A stretch of DNA of 64,000 nucleotides from an uncultured Rhodospirillaceae bacterium (GCA_964499275.1 CAZCKO010000004.1:13418-77417); one strand, 5' to 3'; shown: positions 10,110-20,358, counted from the stretch's first letter. Notes: generated from the sequence alone by a model not told the origin. Numbers and translations are program-made.

Positions 10110-10951
10110 CGCATGGTTCTATTTTTATCCACTGTTTCACGAATTTCTGATGCAAAAGGTGACTTTGTCATCAACTTATACAATTCGGCTGATGCTTGAT
10201 GAAAACCGGTCGGCATTAAGACGGATCCCAAGGTTTTAGCGATTTCTTCCATCTCACCAATGTAACGATTGGAAACTGCGGGAAGGGCGGATGTCATTGC
10301 TTCCATGCGCTTATAAATAGCGCCTTGGCTAAAAATTAGCTCTTTATGTAATTCATCGGATACATCTAACTTCTCGGCTGCCATCAAAATTGCGGCATGG
10401 AGTGCGCTAGTACCCTTTGTTATACCCGCGTAACACATTTTGATCGCAGAAGCGGTGCCAGCTTCACTCCCGCATTGTTTGATTTCGACTCCCTTGCCGT
10501 CGAAAATATTCATACTCTCCGCTCCACTACCACTAACAAAGAAACGGGTTGGTACTGAAGCCCCTGGCGGGTTTCCTACAATTCCACCGTCGATATATGC
10601 GGCACCAGCGTTATCTATAACGGCACCAATTTTTGCAGCTGTCTCGGGTGATACCGCATTACAATCAAAATAAGGCGGCGTGTAGCCAGTTTCGGACATT
10701 TCAGAAGCAACCCGCTCAGCCTGAACCAGCGCATCACCCGGGGGTAAAATTGAAAATATAATATCTGCTTCAGCTAAAACCAATTTAACCGATCCACAAT
10801 CTCGGAAGCCTGCCGCATTCGCCCGCTCGAAAGTATTCTCGCTACGTCCTTCAAGTGCCGTGATTATATTAAAACCGTTCTCTTTAAAGGCTTTCCCCGT
10901 TGCAGCACCCATTTCCCCAGGGCTTAAAATAGCAATAGTTTTGATGGTCAT
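10055..10951 (-). CDS. NAD(P)-dependent oxidoreductase (6-phosphogluconate/3-hydroxyisobutyrate dehydrogenase-like NAD-binding fold)
   Basis: N-terminal Rossmann motif IAILSPGEMGAATGKAF. About 300 aa. Confidence 0.6.
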   Translation of the reverse strand: MTIKTIAILSPGEMGAATGKAFKENGFNIITALEGRSENTFERANAAGFRDCGSVKLVLAEADIIFSILPPGDALVQAERVASEMSETGYTPPYFDCNAVSPETAAKIGAVIDNAGAAYIDGGIVGNPPGASVPTRFFVSGSGAESMNIFDGKGVEIKQCGSEAGTASAIKMCYAGITKGTSALHAAILMAAEKLDVSDELHKELIFSQGAIYKRMEAMTSALPAVSNRYIGEMEEIAKTLGSVLMPTGFHQASAELYKLMTKSPFASEIRETVDKNRTMRQTVEGCADVVEEKEVAE

Positions 10952-11008
10952 GTTCAGGTCCTTAGAAAAAACTGATTTTACTATCTTAAAGGTGGAGGGC
11001 CAGTTCTG

Positions 11009-12457
11009 CTAGCGATCTGTTCGGAAACGCCAACCCCAAGTTACAGCGCGTAAGCAGCAAAGCGCAGAAAGCATGGGAATGATAGCTGAGAAACCCAAAA
11101 CCCAGGCCGCAACTTGGTAAATTGTTTGTTTTGAAGTTCCCTGATCTAGCCCAGCGCTATTAGCAACAAGACCAGCTGCTGCGGCGCCGAAAGCTACACC
11201 CAGGGATCGAATTGTTGGCATCGATGCTGCAGTAATCGCCTCTTCGCCCTTACGTGCAACACTCATCCCATAATTAGTCATTAGGACATTTGTTGCTCCT
11301 ATTCCAAGCCCTATTAATGCACTCCAAACTGTAACCATTACGATGGTTCCAGAGAGAATTGAGAAGGTAAAGGCAATGGTCGTAACGGCTGCAAATAACA
11401 TTCCGATAAATGACCCGCTGCGTTCCCAAAAACCGGACCATCCAGATGCAACGACCGACCCTATAGTCCAGCCTATCGAAAATGTTAAAGACAAGTACCC
11501 TAATAGTAATGGAGTAATATTGTGTAGGACTTGCAAAAATAGGGGTGTAAAGATCAGCAAGGTTGTATGGGTAACAGATATTAGAAAATATGACCAATAG
11601 GCCAAACCAACAGGTGACAAAAAGGATAACGCGAAACTGGGGAAGAGTTTTGTTTGGGAGATACCGTCTCTACGAAATGTTAGCCATACTAGCAAGATCG
11701 CTAGCAAGATAAGCCCTGTACTGATCAATGGCATTTGATATTGATTGGTGAGCCCAGCAGCCAATACTCCAGCCGCTAACATTAATAACCGACGCCAGGG
11801 AAAACGCTTTTCATCTTGTTTTCCTCCCTGGTTTGGTACTAATTTCCAGGCCATAACAATAAAAGCAATAACAACGGGGGCCTGTGCCCAAAAGGCGCCA
11901 CGCCAGGACTCAAGTTCCGCAAAAACTCCCCCTATCCCCGGACCAAATAGGGCAGCAACACTCCAAGTCGTAGAAATGGCGGCCAGAATACGTGTTCGAA
12001 TTTTGGGTGAGTAAAAATCACGGACCAGTGCCATAGATTGTGAAATTACGAGGCCACCACCGATCCCTTTAATTGCTCGACCGGCTAATAAGGTCATCAT
12101 GTCAGGTGGAATAGCACATGCAATTGTGCCTAAAAGTAGGGTCATGCCTCCCCAAACATAGCCTCGCCGAGTACCTAACCTGTCACGAAGGTAACCACCT
12201 GCAGAGGCTCCAACGATTGTTCCGACCATGTAGAGCATCGAGGTCCAGGCATAATAGGTGATACCACCTATATCGTTTACGACCGTTGGCATGATTGTCG
12301 TAATAATAAAAATATCTATTGCATGGAGAGCGATCCCGAGATTGAGCAAAATCGTGTAAAGTCCTCGGCCTTCGCGAAATAGGTCAAGCCAATTGGCTTT
12401 ACTCTCTAACATTTCTGGTTTGTTAAACTTTTTTTTACTAGACGGATCGTCAATCAT
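11009..12457 (-). CDS. MFS transporter (14-TM, DHA2-like)
   Basis: 482 aa polytopic protein with MFS signature-like loops (..GYLRDRLGTRRG.., ..LVRDFY..). Confidence 0.7.
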   Translation of the reverse strand: MIDDPSSKKKFNKPEMLESKANWLDLFREGRGLYTILLNLGIALHAIDIFIITTIMPTVVNDIGGITYYAWTSMLYMVGTIVGASAGGYLRDRLGTRRGYVWGGMTLLLGTIACAIPPDMMTLLAGRAIKGIGGGLVISQSMALVRDFYSPKIRTRILAAISTTWSVAALFGPGIGGVFAELESWRGAFWAQAPVVIAFIVMAWKLVPNQGGKQDEKRFPWRRLLMLAAGVLAAGLTNQYQMPLISTGLILLAILLVWLTFRRDGISQTKLFPSFALSFLSPVGLAYWSYFLISVTHTTLLIFTPLFLQVLHNITPLLLGYLSLTFSIGWTIGSVVASGWSGFWERSGSFIGMLFAAVTTIAFTFSILSGTIVMVTVWSALIGLGIGATNVLMTNYGMSVARKGEEAITAASMPTIRSLGVAFGAAAAGLVANSAGLDQGTSKQTIYQVAAWVLGFSAIIPMLSALCCLRAVTWGWRFRTDR

Positions 12458-12534
12458 TGAAGCAGTCTATGCTTGGTATTCAGTTTGGCCAAGTGCACAG
12501 TGCATTCGGTAAAAATGCTGTTTAAAATATATTT

Positions 12535-13569
12535 ATGATAAAATTAAGTGTTTTAGATCAGTCTCCCATTAGAACAGACGCTACTCCGGCGGACGCTGTA
12601 GCAGATACTTTATATCTTGCAGAGAAGGTGGACCAGTTGGGCTACAATCGTTATTGGCTGGCGGAACATCATAGTAGCAAGGGTTTGGCTGGCGCCGCTC
12701 CAGAAATTTTAATTCCGCAAGTGGCAGGTAGGACACAGGGCATTCGCGTTGGCTCAGGCGGAATAATGCTGAGTCACTATAGCCCACTAAAGGTCGCTGA
12801 AGCTTTTAGGACAATAGAAACCCTTTACCCTGGGCGTATAGATTTAGGAATTGGGCGCGCTCCCGGAAGTGACCAAATAACTGATCAGGCGTTACAAACT
12901 GGACCGGGAGCCCTCGGAGCGGAACACTACCCTGTTCAGGTTAGAGACTTGATGGGTTATTTGGCAGGTGAGCTTCCCAAAGACCATCCATTCGTCGGTG
13001 TAAAGGCAATGCCGGCGGGGCCAACGGTTCCGGATATTTGGATGTTAGGTTCAAGTGACCAAAGCGCTTCACTTGCCTCTTACTTTGGTGTGCCTTTCTC
13101 TTTTGCTCATTTTATTGTTGCAGAGGGCGGGCCACAGGCTGTGACATCATATCGAAAGAATTTTAGATCGTCGGGGACTTGGGCAAAGCCTATCGTTAAT
13201 ATAGGAGTGTTTGCTATAGCGGCAGACACCGAAGAAGAGGCAGAGCGCTTGATGAAATGCCGAGATCTTTCCTCAGTCCGCCAACGCACTGGTCGTGCTG
13301 GTCCGGTGCCATCATTTCTAGAAGCAGAAGCTTATGAATACTCATCCCAAGAAGAAGCATTAAGGCGATACAATCGCCAAAGGTGTGTATGGGGTACAAA
13401 AGAACAGGTGAGGGATGGACTTCTGGCCTTGGGGAAAACCTATGATGTGGATGAGTTTGTAATACTCACAATTTGTCCTACTCTAGAAACACGTTGTCGT
13501 TCCTACGAGTTGCTCGCCGAGGCTTTTGAACTTACTCCACGCCATGTTAGGGCTACAGCCGCCGAATAA
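12535..13569 (+). CDS. LLM-class (luciferase-like) flavin-dependent oxidoreductase
   Basis: MIKLSVLDQSPI...YNRYWLAEHH N-terminus typical of MsnO8/LLM family monooxygenases. 344 aa. Confidence 0.8.
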   Translation: MIKLSVLDQSPIRTDATPADAVADTLYLAEKVDQLGYNRYWLAEHHSSKGLAGAAPEILIPQVAGRTQGIRVGSGGIMLSHYSPLKVAEAFRTIETLYPGRIDLGIGRAPGSDQITDQALQTGPGALGAEHYPVQVRDLMGYLAGELPKDHPFVGVKAMPAGPTVPDIWMLGSSDQSASLASYFGVPFSFAHFIVAEGGPQAVTSYRKNFRSSGTWAKPIVNIGVFAIAADTEEEAERLMKCRDLSSVRQRTGRAGPVPSFLEAEAYEYSSQEEALRRYNRQRCVWGTKEQVRDGLLALGKTYDVDEFVILTICPTLETRCRSYELLAEAFELTPRHVRATAAE

Positions 13570-13759
13570 GATTATTTCAAATTAGTATCCTTAAATAGGT
13601 GGCGATTTAAAAAATATATCGGCAAGATTACCGAGCAAACCCGTAATAATAGGAGGGTTAGATTAGTAGATTCAGATGTTATTAGTCCCTATAAATGATT
13701 GTTTATTTTTATTACAAACCTCGATCATAAAATCAGCTAGAACTAATTGAGGAATAAGT

Positions 13760-14653
13760 TTGAAACCAAACCGTCCTATCGCCGGCATTCTATGGATGTG
13801 TTTGGCAATGTTACTCAGTGCGGCGGCCGGTGCCTGTGTACGACAGCTAAACGCAGCCATACCAACATTGGAGTTAGTATTTTTTCGAAATGTTGTTGGT
13901 TTGTTGATTTTTGTGCCATGGCTCTTGCGCCAAGGGCTCGGCGTTATGCATACAAATCGCTTGCCTTTATATTCTTTGCGGGTGTTTTTTGCATACACTG
14001 CCATGGTTTTGCTCTTTTTCGCATGGGGTGAAATGCCAATTGCCGATGTATTCGCGTTACAGTTTACAATCCCATTATTCACCATTGTGCTTGCTGTTCT
14101 AATCTTAAAACAACAGACGGATCGGCAAGCCTGGGTAGCTTGTTTTATTGGTTTTGCAGGTGCTTTGATCGTAATGCGGCCTGGCGTAATTGAGCTCACA
14201 TTGGCTTCTGCAGCTGCCATTGCGTCTGCGATGATGTCTGGAGGGTCTAACACAACATTAAAACTACTTACCAAAACAGAGAGTGTTGGAACAATCACAG
14301 TTTATTCCAACTTATTAATGTTACCCTTGGCGTTGATCCCTACATTTTTTGTATGGGTTAGCCCAACATTTGTACAACTCCAGTGGGTAATTGCTGCCGC
14401 TTTTTTTAGTGCTGTTGGTGGTTTATGTTTTACATTGGCTGTTGGTTCGGCAGATGCACGTGTAGTGCAACCATTTCAATTTACAAGAATGATTTTCGCA
14501 GCAGCAATTGGTTACTGGATGTTTTTTGAATTACCTGATACGTGGACCTGGATTGGTGCTGCAGTGATTTTTGCCGCTTCCTATTACATAGTGTTACGAG
14601 AAGCAAATAATAAAAACACTAATACTATATCGAATGGATCCCCCAACCAATGA
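13760..14653 (+). CDS. EamA/DMT transporter, array member 1 (TTG start)
   Basis: 10-TM protein. Carries the array-wide motifs ..RPG.., ADARVVQPFQFTRM and FFELPDTWTWIGAAVIF. GAGGAA RBS before TTG. Confidence 0.8.
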   Translation: MKPNRPIAGILWMCLAMLLSAAAGACVRQLNAAIPTLELVFFRNVVGLLIFVPWLLRQGLGVMHTNRLPLYSLRVFFAYTAMVLLFFAWGEMPIADVFALQFTIPLFTIVLAVLILKQQTDRQAWVACFIGFAGALIVMRPGVIELTLASAAAIASAMMSGGSNTTLKLLTKTESVGTITVYSNLLMLPLALIPTFFVWVSPTFVQLQWVIAAAFFSAVGGLCFTLAVGSADARVVQPFQFTRMIFAAAIGYWMFFELPDTWTWIGAAVIFAASYYIVLREANNKNTNTISNGSPNQ

Positions 14654-15534
14654 CATCAATCATATTTTCAAATTCGGTTGTCCGCGGAGCTTTATGGATG
14701 GTGTTCGCCACAGGGTTCCAGGCAACGGCGAGTGGTTTTGTCCGGAGACTTTCCAACGACTTTAGTGTCTTCGAGCTTGTATTTTTTTTCAGCAGTATTA
14801 GTGCGGTTTTACTTATTCCTTTTGCTATGACATTACCAAAGGGATCCTTGAGAGGGATAAAGAAGCGGTCAGGGCTTTATCTTATTCGGGGATTATTATC
14901 ATTTTGCGGCATGCTTGCATCTTTTTATGCGTATTCGGTGATGGATATTGCTAACGTGCAGGCACTATTATTTACGGTACCGCTATTCACTATCCTTCTT
15001 GCTGGAATTTTATTGGGAGAATTTGTTGGTCTACGAGGCTGGTTATCATGCGCTATTGGATTTTTGGGAGCCATAATAATAGTACGCCCCGGCGTTATTC
15101 CTGTTAACCCTGGTGCACTTGCGGCACTCGTATCCGCTTTTGCATTTGCAGCAGCTAATATAGCTATTAAGAAGCTAGGTACAACCGAGAGTCCGATCGT
15201 CATTACCATGGTATCTAACATGATAGTGGTACCCTTGTCCGCTATACCAGCCGCTTTAAATTGGGTTACCCCTACCTGGGGTCAGGTACCATGGATACTT
15301 ACGATGGGTGTTCTATTCATGGGAGCGATGGTTTGCTTGTCTTTTTCAATTAGAGAGGCGGATGCCCGAATTGTACAAACGATCAACTTTCTTCGGATGC
15401 CATGGTCGGTCTTGGTAGGGTATTTGATGTTCACTGAATTACCAGACATTTGGACCTGGTTAGGAGCAATTATTATCTTTATCGGTGCATATGACGTTCT
15501 GCGCCGTGAAGCCAATACAAAAAGCGAAGAATGA
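14650..15534 (+). CDS. EamA/DMT transporter, array member 2
   Basis: ATGA overlap with member 1. Motifs ADARIVQTINFLRMP and FTELPDIWTWLGAIIIF. Confidence 0.85.
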   Translation: MTSIIFSNSVVRGALWMVFATGFQATASGFVRRLSNDFSVFELVFFFSSISAVLLIPFAMTLPKGSLRGIKKRSGLYLIRGLLSFCGMLASFYAYSVMDIANVQALLFTVPLFTILLAGILLGEFVGLRGWLSCAIGFLGAIIIVRPGVIPVNPGALAALVSAFAFAAANIAIKKLGTTESPIVITMVSNMIVVPLSAIPAALNWVTPTWGQVPWILTMGVLFMGAMVCLSFSIREADARIVQTINFLRMPWSVLVGYLMFTELPDIWTWLGAIIIFIGAYDVLRREANTKSEE

Positions 15535-16421
15535 CTGATACCTCTGAGAACAATTCAGCTCGTCGTAAGGCAGCCATCTGGGGGATTACCTGGATGATTA
15601 TTGCTGCTGTCGGATATTCGTTAAATGCAGGTATCGTCAAACAGCTTTCATCAGACCTAAATACCCTAGAAATTGTCTTTTGGCGCTCACTTGTAGCAGT
15701 TGTCATCTTACTTCCTTTCTTTTATCGACATGTTTCTTCGGCTGGCCGAGAATCATTAAAAAATTGGCACTTGTTTTTATTGAGAGGTCTTTTTACCTAC
15801 CTCGGCATGGCGGCTACGTACTACGCCCTTGCGAATATTCCCATTGCAGAGGTTTATGCCCTGCAGTTTACCTTGCCCCTATTCATGATAATCGTCGCGG
15901 CAATATTTCTAGGCGAAAAAGCCGGTATCGGCAGTTTTTTTGCTTGTCTCGTTGGTTTAATTGGAACATTGATCATTCTCAGGCCCGGGTTTGAAACTGT
16001 TGGGTTGGCGACACTGGTCGCACTATCTTCTGCAGTATTTTACAGTATCACCAATGTATTTATTAAGATCCTGACGCGCACAGAAACCACCACGACAATT
16101 ACTATTTATGGTAATATTATCATGTTAGTTTTAGCCCTGCTTCCGTTGCTTTTTTCCTGGCGATGGCCACCTGTTCAGACAATTGTTTGGATAATAGTGT
16201 TAGGTGTATTCACCACTGGGGGTCAATGGGCTTTAACAAAGGCAATCGCAACCGCAGATGCCCGGGTCGTTTGGCCGTTCGATTTTCTACGTATGCCTTT
16301 CACTGCAGCTATTGGTTACGTGATGTTTGGGCAACTTCCCGGAATTTGGACCTGGGTTGGTGCGGTGGTCATCTTTGCTGCTGCTTATTACGTTATTCAT
16401 AAGGAGGCGACCTCTAAGTGA
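15531..16421 (+). CDS. EamA/DMT transporter, array member 3
   Basis: ATGA overlap with member 2. Motifs ADARVVWPFDFLRMP and FGQLPGIWTWVGAVVIF. Confidence 0.85.
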   Translation: MTDTSENNSARRKAAIWGITWMIIAAVGYSLNAGIVKQLSSDLNTLEIVFWRSLVAVVILLPFFYRHVSSAGRESLKNWHLFLLRGLFTYLGMAATYYALANIPIAEVYALQFTLPLFMIIVAAIFLGEKAGIGSFFACLVGLIGTLIILRPGFETVGLATLVALSSAVFYSITNVFIKILTRTETTTTITIYGNIIMLVLALLPLLFSWRWPPVQTIVWIIVLGVFTTGGQWALTKAIATADARVVWPFDFLRMPFTAAIGYVMFGQLPGIWTWVGAVVIFAAAYYVIHKEATSK

Positions 16422-17281
16422 CAGATGCCGTATACACTAATTCAATAAGGGGAGCCATCTGGATGTTGGCGGCGTCTCTTTGTTATGTTTCATCAGCGAC
16501 GCTTACGCGTTATTTGGCTGGCAGCTATCCGACATTCGAGTTGACCTTTTTGCGTTGTGTTTTTGGTGTGATGGTTCTTACGCCCTTAATTCTTCGGGGT
16601 GGAATAAATCAACTTAAGACCAAGGCATTTCCGCTCCATTGTTTAAGGACTTTAATTACCTATGTTGCGATCCTTCTGTGGTTTTACGCCACAGAGCATG
16701 TGCCTGTCGGTGATTTTTTTGCTATACAGTTTGTTTCTCCGCTTTTTACTATTGCTGTAGCGGCCCTCTTATTGCGTGAAAAAGTAGGAATCAAAAGCTG
16801 GTTAGCTGCCTTGGTCGGTTTCTTAGGGGTGATGGTTATAATTCGTCCGGGTTATATACCGGTGTCTCTAGGTATCACCGCGGCATTAGGAACGGCGGGA
16901 GCATACGCATTTGTGAATACTTGTATTAAAATTTTGTCGCGATACGACTCCCCTACCGTGATGACTTTTTATGTCAACGTCCTCATTTTGCCTTTGTCGG
17001 CTATTCCCGCTTATCTGACTTGGAAAACGCCGGAGGGAGAGGACTGGCCTATTCTGATTGGAGTGGCGCTTTTTGCTACCATGGCACAGTTTTGCGTGGC
17101 GTCGAGTATTTCACTCGCTGATGCACGTGTGGTCCAACCAATGAATTTTCTAAGAATGCCGATCGCAGCTGCAATGGGATTCATGGTGTTTGGTGAATTT
17201 CCAGATCTTTGGACTTGGTTTGGCGCTCTGATAATTTTTGGCGCAGCATGGTATGCGGTGCAGCAGGCGAAGAAAGTATGA
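16418..17281 (+). CDS. EamA/DMT transporter, array member 4 (GTG start)
   Basis: GTGA overlap with member 3. Motifs ADARVVQPMNFLRMP and FGEFPDLWTWFGALIIF. Confidence 0.85.
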   Translation: MTDAVYTNSIRGAIWMLAASLCYVSSATLTRYLAGSYPTFELTFLRCVFGVMVLTPLILRGGINQLKTKAFPLHCLRTLITYVAILLWFYATEHVPVGDFFAIQFVSPLFTIAVAALLLREKVGIKSWLAALVGFLGVMVIIRPGYIPVSLGITAALGTAGAYAFVNTCIKILSRYDSPTVMTFYVNVLILPLSAIPAYLTWKTPEGEDWPILIGVALFATMAQFCVASSISLADARVVQPMNFLRMPIAAAMGFMVFGEFPDLWTWFGALIIFGAAWYAVQQAKKV

Positions 17282-18156
17282 AGCCGATTTCAAGCCCTAT
17301 CCTTGGTTCCTTGTGGATGTTATCGAGTTGTATTTTTTACGCATGTTCTGCCTCTTTAGTACGAGAAGTGGGAGATACATATACACCATATCAAATGACC
17401 ATGATCCGTTCTTTCGTGGCCGTGGCGGTATTAGCGCCGGTTTATCTCAGGGAAGGCGGCAATCTCGTATTTATCCCGCAACGATTTTTCATGCACTTTT
17501 TGACGGGCGTCTTTACCTATCTAGGTATTGTATTTTGGTTTTTCGCGACTGCATCGATGCCCATAGCCGATTTCTTTGCCCTACAGTTTGTCACACCTCT
17601 TTTGACTATGGCTTTCGCAATCATCTTTTTACGCGAGCAATCCGATTTGAGAAGTTGGATAGCAGCTTTAATCGGTTTTTGTGGCGTACTGATAATACTT
17701 CGGCCCGGTATCATAGAAGTATCGTTTGCGGCAATAGCTGCACTCATCAGTGCATTATTTTATGCCAGTGACAATACAGTTATTAAATCTTTATCGCGTA
17801 ATGTCTCAGCAACGATGATTGTATATTATGCGCATCTTCTGATGATCCCCATTTCTTTGCCAATGGCAGCTCTTACATGGAAACAGCCCACTTTATATGA
17901 TTTTGGTGTTATCGTAGCAATTTGTTTATGTCTAACTATGGCATATCTCTCTGTTACAAAAGCGATCGCTTTGACTGTCGCACGAGTTGTTCAACCGGTA
18001 AATTTTATGAGGATGCCCATCGCTGCAGTATTTGGGTGGGTGTTGTTCAGTGAGTTTCCAGATCTCTGGACCTGGATCGGCGCCGTGGTGATATTTTGCG
18101 CAACGACATACGCAGTAAGGCGTGGTACTAGCTCGGAACGAACAGGAGACACATGA
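17278..18156 (+). CDS. EamA/DMT transporter, array member 5
   Basis: ATGA overlap with member 4; this start (MKPISS...) is preferred over the upstream in-frame M at 17209. Motifs ARVVQPVNFMRMP and FSEFPDLWTWIGAVVIF. Closest paralog of member 6. Confidence 0.85.
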   Translation: MKPISSPILGSLWMLSSCIFYACSASLVREVGDTYTPYQMTMIRSFVAVAVLAPVYLREGGNLVFIPQRFFMHFLTGVFTYLGIVFWFFATASMPIADFFALQFVTPLLTMAFAIIFLREQSDLRSWIAALIGFCGVLIILRPGIIEVSFAAIAALISALFYASDNTVIKSLSRNVSATMIVYYAHLLMIPISLPMAALTWKQPTLYDFGVIVAICLCLTMAYLSVTKAIALTVARVVQPVNFMRMPIAAVFGWVLFSEFPDLWTWIGAVVIFCATTYAVRRGTSSERTGDT

Positions 18157-19025
18157 AAAATCTTCCAATAGCAGTCCAGGGGGCGTTTTGGATGTCTGTC
18201 AGTGCGGTGTGCTATGTTGGCTCGGCCGTTTTAATCCGATTTATCGGGGAAACCTATTCTCCTTTTCTCCTGACATTTTTTCGATCTGTCATAGCAGTGA
18301 TCATACTCGCCCCAATGATCTTTAAGATTCGAGCGTCAACCCTTTGGCCCGAAAGGCCAGTCTCAGTTTTGATGACCGGTATTTTTTCTTATATTGGTAT
18401 ATTTTTATGGTTTTATGCAGCGGGACGGATGCCTGTTGCCGAGTTTTTTGCCCTTCAGTTTGCCACACCACTATTTACAATTGCCTTTGCGATCATATTT
18501 TTGCGAGAAAGGTCGGACCTTCCGAGTTGGCTCGCTACTCTTGTTGGATTTACTGGTGTTCTGATTGTCCTTCGACCAGGAATTATAGAAGTTTCCGTTG
18601 CAGCCGTTGCAGCGGTCTCCTGTGCGGCTAGTTACGCTAGTGTTAATACCTTGATTAAATCTCTTTCAAAGGCGGTTCCAACTACGGTCATTGTATTTTA
18701 TGCCAATTTCTTACTAGTACCCATTTCTCTTCCAATGGCGATTAAAGATTGGCAACTACCACATATGGTTGACTGGCCGACTATTATTGGTGCTGCAGTT
18801 TTATCGACGATTGGGTATGTAACGGTGTCAAAAGGAATAGCAATGGCGGCAGCCCGAGTGGTCCAACCTGTCAATTTTTTACGAATGCCTGTTGGTGCCG
18901 CGTTTGGCTGGGTTTTGTTTAATGAGTTTCCAGATATCTGGACGTGGATTGGTGCAATTGTCATATTTTGTGCAACGACGTACACCGTACACCGCGGTAC
19001 GGGAAACAATAAGGGAAGAAGATGA
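18153..19025 (+). CDS. EamA/DMT transporter, array member 6
   Basis: ATGA overlap with member 5. Motifs ARVVQPVNFLRMP and FNEFPDIWTWIGAIVIF. Confidence 0.85.
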   Translation: MKNLPIAVQGAFWMSVSAVCYVGSAVLIRFIGETYSPFLLTFFRSVIAVIILAPMIFKIRASTLWPERPVSVLMTGIFSYIGIFLWFYAAGRMPVAEFFALQFATPLFTIAFAIIFLRERSDLPSWLATLVGFTGVLIVLRPGIIEVSVAAVAAVSCAASYASVNTLIKSLSKAVPTTVIVFYANFLLVPISLPMAIKDWQLPHMVDWPTIIGAAVLSTIGYVTVSKGIAMAAARVVQPVNFLRMPVGAAFGWVLFNEFPDIWTWIGAIVIFCATTYTVHRGTGNNKGRR

Positions 19026-19723
19026 TCACCCTTCATTCTTGGCCGACGCCTAATGCCCACAAAGTTTCCATTATGCTGGAAGAATGTGGTTTGAATTACG
19101 AGGTTAAAGAAGTTGATATCACCGCTGGGGACCAGTTCGATTCGGAATTCCTGGAGCTTAGCCCAAATAATCGAATACCTGCCTTGGTTGACCAAGACGG
19201 ACCGGGTGGCAAATCTATTTCAGTTTTCGAATCGGGGGCAATCTTACTTTACCTGGCCGAAAAAACTGGGAAGTTTTTACCGGTCTCGGGTAAGTCCCGC
19301 TATGAAGTGATCCAGTGGCTGATGTTTCAAATGGCTAACGTCGGGCCTATTTGTGGTCAAGCCCATCATTTTCGAGATGCCGCTCTAGAACGCGTCCCAT
19401 ACGCTATAACTCGTTTTACTCTGGAAACGGCTCGCCTTTATAATGTCATGGATAGACAACTTTTCAGAACCCGTTTCCTTGCGGGTAAGGACTACACAAT
19501 AGCGGATATGGCCTGCTGGCCGTGGGTGCGGGTTCATCGCTTCCATGGCCAGTCATGGAATGACTTTCCTCATGTTAAACGTTGGTTTGATGAAATTACT
19601 TTGCGTCCCGCAGTGCAGCTAGGTATGGAACTTCTTGCTGACAAGCGGCGGAAACCCGAGGAGGTTTTGAATGAAAGGTCCCGTGATATTCTTTTCGGCC
19701 GCAGGCAAATGGAACGGCGCTAG
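19022..19723 (+). CDS. Glutathione S-transferase, Nu-class (YfcG/YghU-like)
   Basis: The N-terminal thioredoxin-like GST domain LHSWPTPNAHKV...IPALVD...VFESGAILLYLAEK and its C-terminal helical domain are typical of this class. The ATGA overlap with the last EamA gene indicates co-translation. Confidence 0.8.
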   Translation: MITLHSWPTPNAHKVSIMLEECGLNYEVKEVDITAGDQFDSEFLELSPNNRIPALVDQDGPGGKSISVFESGAILLYLAEKTGKFLPVSGKSRYEVIQWLMFQMANVGPICGQAHHFRDAALERVPYAITRFTLETARLYNVMDRQLFRTRFLAGKDYTIADMACWPWVRVHRFHGQSWNDFPHVKRWFDEITLRPAVQLGMELLADKRRKPEEVLNERSRDILFGRRQMERR

Positions 19724-19857
19724 CCTTTTGTCGATACCTAAATTAATTTCAATAAAAACTTTGTGGAGAGCTAGAGTTAAAATTCCCCTAAACCTTTTGT
19801 CCAAGATTAATGTTAAATGAAAAATAATCCGGATTTTAAAATTAAATGTTTTAACAA

Positions 19858-20358
19858 GTGATTTGTATGTTTCAGAAATTACCATTGGCGCTGCTGCCCA
19901 TTTTGATACTTTTGCTATTTATTAATCCAACACTCGCTGTAGAGGAAATTACAGCCGAAGAGGCATCTGCCAAATATAACGAGGCAGTCAGTCTTATAAA
20001 AAAGCATAAATATTCCGACGCAATAGAGTTGCTTAATGAAATAGTTGAAGCTGGTATCGATGACAAGGCTCAGCTGGCTGATGTCCTCAATATGCTTGGC
20101 TTTAGCTATCGTAAGAGTAATAAATTGAATCTTGCGATCGATAATTATAGTGAGGCTTTAAGACTAGACTCAAGTCATAAGGGTGCTAATGAGTATGTTG
20201 GTGAGGCCTATTTAGAAATGAATCAACCTCTTCTAGCCGTAAAACATTTAAAAATTTTACAAAAATTATGTGGTAAAAAATGTGTTGAATACCAGAATTT
20301 AAAAAAATCTTTCGATTTATTTTTACAAAATTCAGGGAAGAATACTGCTCAGTATTAA
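19858..20358 (+). CDS. Secreted tetratricopeptide (TPR) repeat protein
   Basis: N-terminal signal peptide (LPLALLPILILLLFINPTLA) followed by TPR-like helical repeats (..NYSEALRLDSSHKGANEYVGEAYLEM..). Confidence 0.6.
   Translation: MICMFQKLPLALLPILILLLFINPTLAVEEITAEEASAKYNEAVSLIKKHKYSDAIELLNEIVEAGIDDKAQLADVLNMLGFSYRKSNKLNLAIDNYSEALRLDSSHKGANEYVGEAYLEMNQPLLAVKHLKILQKLCGKKCVEYQNLKKSFDLFLQNSGKNTAQY

Noticed and set aside
13672-14298. 208-aa - strand ORF overlapping the first array EamA gene
   Set aside because: It is antisense to a strongly supported 10-TM EamA CDS, has low-complexity composition and no motif; shadow ORF.
17209-17277. Upstream in-frame extension (MDLVWRSDNFWRS...) of array EamA member 5
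   Set aside because: It would overlap the preceding paralog by 73 nt. Every other junction in the array uses a 4-bp ATGA/GTGA overlap, and the homologous N-terminus starts at MKPISS (17278).
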